The notes under the pieces were generated by a model. The model had not been told where the DNA came from, ran no database searches, and saw only the letters and a list, made by a program, of their open reading frames with translations. From contig JAZDCZ010000218.1 in the NCBI GenBank assembly GCA_036679605.1, forward strand, positions 34,318 through 98,317: 64,000 bases of DNA, read 5' to 3'. Made by a program: the position numbers and the translations under genes. Origin of the DNA: Gemmatimonadota bacterium (GTDB taxonomy: Bacteria > Gemmatimonadota > Gemmatimonadetes > Gemmatimonadales > GWC2-71-9). Positions 60,661-64,000 of this stretch are shown one piece after another; position 1 is the first letter of the stretch, and each line of letters opens with the position of its first letter.

Positions 60661-61380
60661 ATGAACGAAGAATCCCCTGAAAATTCCCCCAGAAGCGCAT
60701 TTTGGCTCGCCTTCAGAGTGCTCGACGAACCCGGGAAGGTCTTCCAGTCGCTTGCCTTTCGGCCACGGAGTTTGATCCCCATTGTACTGCTGATTCTGGT
60801 TACCGGGATCGTTGCCTTCGGCACGCCGGAGAAAGTGTTGCAGGATCAGATAAGGGCAGGCCTGGAATCGATTCAAGGTCAACTCAGTGAAGAGCAGCTC
60901 CAGCAGCAGGTCGATGCCGCGGCCACAACTGGCAAGCGAGCATTGATTTTGGGGACTGGATCTGCGGGTGGAGTAGTGGCGCTCGTCGTGGTTGCAGCCG
61001 TCCTGATGCTCATCTTTGGCGCTACATCCGACACCCCTATTCGCTTTAAAGAAGAATTCGCCATAGTGGCACACGCCAACGTAGCGGCGCTCGCAGGAGC
61101 CGTGCTTCTGGTCGGCCTCACGAACTTCGCCGGATTCGACCAGCTCCAGCTCTCGCTTGGCTTCTTGTTCGACAAGCAGGATCAGGCGTTCCTGTTCCGT
61201 TTCGCCAACCAGATCACCGTCTTTGGGGCGTGGAACATGATCCTTATTGCGGTTGGGAACAAGATCCTGACCAAGGCTCAGGGGCTCGGTGTGCCGCTCG
61301 CAATCGTCGGCGGACTCTGGATCACATCGAAGTTGCTGTTTGCGACAATAGGCGGACTGCTGGGTGGGTTGGGCGGCTGA
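60661..61380 (+). CDS. Yip1-family membrane protein
   Basis: P.KVF..L..RP, about five TM helices, AAAGGAG RBS. Confidence 0.75.
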   Translation: MNEESPENSPRSAFWLAFRVLDEPGKVFQSLAFRPRSLIPIVLLILVTGIVAFGTPEKVLQDQIRAGLESIQGQLSEEQLQQQVDAAATTGKRALILGTGSAGGVVALVVVAAVLMLIFGATSDTPIRFKEEFAIVAHANVAALAGAVLLVGLTNFAGFDQLQLSLGFLFDKQDQAFLFRFANQITVFGAWNMILIAVGNKILTKAQGLGVPLAIVGGLWITSKLLFATIGGLLGGLGG

Positions 61381-61398
61381 ACCTTCCGAAAACAACAA

Positions 61399-61429
61399 TG
61401 GGCGCGCCGGCAAACGGCCGGTGCGCCCA
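61399..61429. terminator. Intrinsic terminator hairpin between convergent genes
   Basis: TGGGCGCGCCGGC-loop-GCCGGTGCGCCCA, with a T-rich tail on the minus strand. Confidence 0.7.
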
Positions 61430-61448
61430 CCAAAAATAGAATTTTGTG

Positions 61449-63095
61449 CTAACTGCCGTCGGATGAGGTTGCAGCCGCCTTCGCCTGTTTGGCTTCTTCA
61501 ACCATCCGGGCGACATCGGCGAGCAGCCGCTTAGCGTCGTAGATGATGCCGTCCTTGATCGTGTACTTCACGCCACCAACTGTGATCGGATTGCCGTTCT
61601 CATCGAGCTTGACGGTTCCGGTCCCGTAGAGAACCTTCAGATTCCGCATCGGGTTTTCCTCTACTACCACCAGATCGGCCAACATACCGGGACGAATAAT
61701 TCCAAATTGGACCGGCGTGCCCTTTGGCTCGTGCAGGGTCTCAGCGCCACAAAGCGTCGCTGCCCTAAGGACCTCGAGCGGATGAAAGCCTGCCTCCTGA
61801 AGCAACTCCAACTCTCGAATGTAGTCGAAGCCATACAGCTTGTAGATGAATCCAGAATCAGAACCGGTACACACTCTGCCGCCACGGTTCTTGTACTCGT
61901 TGAGAAAGGTCATCCAGATGCGGAAATTTTCCTTCCATTCAATTTCATCTTGTGTGGTCCAGTCATACCAGTAGGACCCGTGGCTCGTTCTACTCGGCTG
62001 ATAGAACTTCCAGACCGACGGCAGCGTGTATTTCTGGTGCCAGTCGGCGTTTCGCGCACGCATGACGTCTCTACTCGCCTCATATATTGTCATCGTCGGG
62101 TCGAGCGTGAAGCCCAGTTCCAATAACTCATCCATCACTGCGTTCCACTTGTCACTACCTTGTTTCGCCGCTTGCTTCCACAGACGACCCGCTTGGCCGA
62201 ACCGGTCGTACTCGTTGTTGTAGTTGTAATCCACCGGGAAATCCTGAACGGTGCGATCGTCGAACAGCGCTTCCGGCAAGCCGTACCAATGCTCCATCGA
62301 CCCCAGTCCGAGACGTGCTGCATCCAGCACGTTCATGCGAGCTACACCCATCTGTGATAAGTGAGCCTGCGTGCCGAGATCGTGTTGCTTCGCCTCGTCT
62401 ATCAGAGCGGCCATGATCGCGGGATCGTACGAGCCGAGTTTGAAGCCGTCTACCCCCTTCTTGGCCGCCCACCGCACATATTCGCGTGCCGACTCCGGCG
62501 TGTTGATCGGGCCATTGCCCCAGCCTGATCCTGGACGGACGTAGACGAATAGACGGGGCGCCACAATCTCGTTGGCCGCGCTGCGTTGCTGGGCAAGCAG
62601 GGTCCAATCTACCCCGTTGCCAGACCCCGGATCTCGGACCGTCGTCACTCCATGTCCCATCCACAGTTTGTAGACGTACTCAGCGGGGGTTCCTTGCCGC
62701 AATCCGCCCGTATGCCCGTGCAGATCCACGAAACCTGGCAGGACATACATGCCGCTTGCGTCGAGTTCCCGCGTCGCGTCCTTTGGTCGACGAGATTCAT
62801 CGATTGGAGCGCCCGGGCTTCCGACACCTACGATCCGGGTGATCCGATTATTCTCAATGACTATGTCCATCGGACCCCGCCCCGGTGCGCCCGTCCCGTC
62901 GTACACGGTCACACCTCTGATTATCAGGCGGTCGTACGGTCCTTCGCCTTCGTCCGAAGCGCGATCGGGAGCATGAGGTACGGTTCGCTCAGCATCCTGC
63001 CCGCTCAACGCAACGGGGACCAGGAACGCCAGGGCGAAGATTCCTAGACGGCCGAACAAACGCGATCGTAAATTCATAGTGACACTCCAACTCAT
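61449..63095 (-). CDS. Secreted amidohydrolase-family protein
   Basis: Signal peptide, VLPGFVDLHGH, GVTTVRDPG, GSDSG, G.IRPG.LADLVVV..NP. Confidence 0.88.
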   Translation of the reverse strand: MSWSVTMNLRSRLFGRLGIFALAFLVPVALSGQDAERTVPHAPDRASDEGEGPYDRLIIRGVTVYDGTGAPGRGPMDIVIENNRITRIVGVGSPGAPIDESRRPKDATRELDASGMYVLPGFVDLHGHTGGLRQGTPAEYVYKLWMGHGVTTVRDPGSGNGVDWTLLAQQRSAANEIVAPRLFVYVRPGSGWGNGPINTPESAREYVRWAAKKGVDGFKLGSYDPAIMAALIDEAKQHDLGTQAHLSQMGVARMNVLDAARLGLGSMEHWYGLPEALFDDRTVQDFPVDYNYNNEYDRFGQAGRLWKQAAKQGSDKWNAVMDELLELGFTLDPTMTIYEASRDVMRARNADWHQKYTLPSVWKFYQPSRTSHGSYWYDWTTQDEIEWKENFRIWMTFLNEYKNRGGRVCTGSDSGFIYKLYGFDYIRELELLQEAGFHPLEVLRAATLCGAETLHEPKGTPVQFGIIRPGMLADLVVVEENPMRNLKVLYGTGTVKLDENGNPITVGGVKYTIKDGIIYDAKRLLADVARMVEEAKQAKAAATSSDGS

Positions 63096-63862
63096 CTGAT
63101 TGTAATGGTGGGACTGCTCCCGAAGTTGGCTCGTGACGGATCCGACGCCAAGACTACTAATTTCGCTCCTGGCGAGATCCCTTGTGTCAACAAGGTACCG
63201 CCAAAGGTATTCGGACTTCCAGCATACGCCAACGGAGTGGTACGCACCAAGCGCCCGCTATCGTAAATCCTGGCAGTTACCTGTAGCCGGTCGGCGTCCC
63301 ACAGTCCTCCAGGTTCAAGTGGGCAGCCGCACATCATCCGTACCTTGACCAACACCGATACTTCATCTCCATTCGGCACCCGCACTTTCGGCTCGAGCAA
63401 CTCGACAATGAAACCATGGAGTTCCAGAACTATCCCATCACCCAGAATGTTCTCTCCCGGCACGATCAGCATGGACTTCACCGCGCGTTGTACGGCATGC
63501 TCATAAGCCAATGGGCCCTCCCCAACGAATTCCAGGACCGTCGGCCGCGTGAGCGACAGATGCGCAGTGAATACCGCAGCACCCGGAGTGTCGAAGATCG
63601 TAGACCCTCGTTTAACGGGATCTATGACGATTGCTCGTGTGTCGCCGGTGCCTCCCTCTTGCTTGCCCTCAGCGACGATTTTCCCGGTCGCGGGGTCGCG
63701 CACGTATACTCGGGCGCCGCCGACTCCGCTGCCGACGACCTTGGCATCATGAGCGATGACTCTAACTCGTACCGTAGTCTCCTCTTGAGCCTGGCAAATC
63801 GCGCTCGACGGCACCGTGGTCATCACTATGGCTAACAAGGTAAAGCATGTCATACCTTTCAT
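63092..63862 (-). CDS. Secreted hypothetical protein with MMCGCP motif
   Basis: Signal peptide, beta-rich, GAGGAG RBS; stop overlaps amidohydrolase start. Confidence 0.7.
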   Translation of the reverse strand: MKGMTCFTLLAIVMTTVPSSAICQAQEETTVRVRVIAHDAKVVGSGVGGARVYVRDPATGKIVAEGKQEGGTGDTRAIVIDPVKRGSTIFDTPGAAVFTAHLSLTRPTVLEFVGEGPLAYEHAVQRAVKSMLIVPGENILGDGIVLELHGFIVELLEPKVRVPNGDEVSVLVKVRMMCGCPLEPGGLWDADRLQVTARIYDSGRLVRTTPLAYAGSPNTFGGTLLTQGISPGAKLVVLASDPSRANFGSSPTITIR

Positions 63863-63898
63863 AGTTCCAAACTCCTCGGAATCGAAGCCTAACGCATA

Positions 63899-63926
63899 TT
63901 GAAAGCGCGCCCCCTGCTGCTATCAT
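63899..63926 (+). promoter_or_regulatory. Possible sigma70 promoter for the gene starting at 63973
   Basis: TTGAAA-16 bp-TATCAT with extended TG. Confidence 0.45.
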
Positions 63927-63972
63927 GGAGTCGACGAAGACCCATGGACCATCGCAGCAAGGAGCAGCTCTC

Positions 63973-64000
63973 ATGAAACGGACTACGAAATATGTCGCAT
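63973..64000 (+). CDS. Start of an unidentified CDS running off the window
   Basis: AAGGAG RBS followed by ATG AAA CGG (MKRTTKYVA). Confidence 0.45.

Noticed and set aside
60652..61413. 253-aa - strand ORF
   Set aside because: Antisense to the Yip1-like gene, which has an RBS and a coherent TM pattern
1..64000. CRISPR arrays, rRNA, prophage, tandem repeats
   Set aside because: None seen by eye; intergenic spaces are too short and coding density is accounted for

Overview
A bacterial chromosomal window made almost entirely of housekeeping genes. Gene content and order suggest Gemmatimonadota, which is an inference. A near-canonical XerC/XerD dif site (6188-6215) sits where gene orientation flips from + to -, so the window probably spans the replication terminus. 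Left of dif are der-plsY-gpsA-merR-surE-pcm-dedA-acyP-apt, tRNA-Arg(CCT) and a TPR protein. Right of dif, on the - strand, are a Kdo/LPS-transport/rpoN operon ending in a five-gene membrane glycosylation module, ispF-dedA-xerD-trpG/pabA, futalosine menaquinone genes joined to a fab operon lacking plsX, a carbamate kinase-sucCD-(PTS-EIIA/CBS)-ndk block, and a complete nuoA-N operon with a Rex-like operator. The only accessory islet (about 23.4-26.3 kb) is a membrane/spermidine-synthase fusion gene flanked by a deleted Ser/Thr kinase relic and a frameshifted IS3 transposase relic. I found no CRISPR array, prophage or intact mobile element, and no clearly novel multi-gene system that the sequence alone can prove. 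The best leads are the glycosylation module, an N-terminally extended LptB, a His-less EIIA-CBS protein and several regulatory sites.
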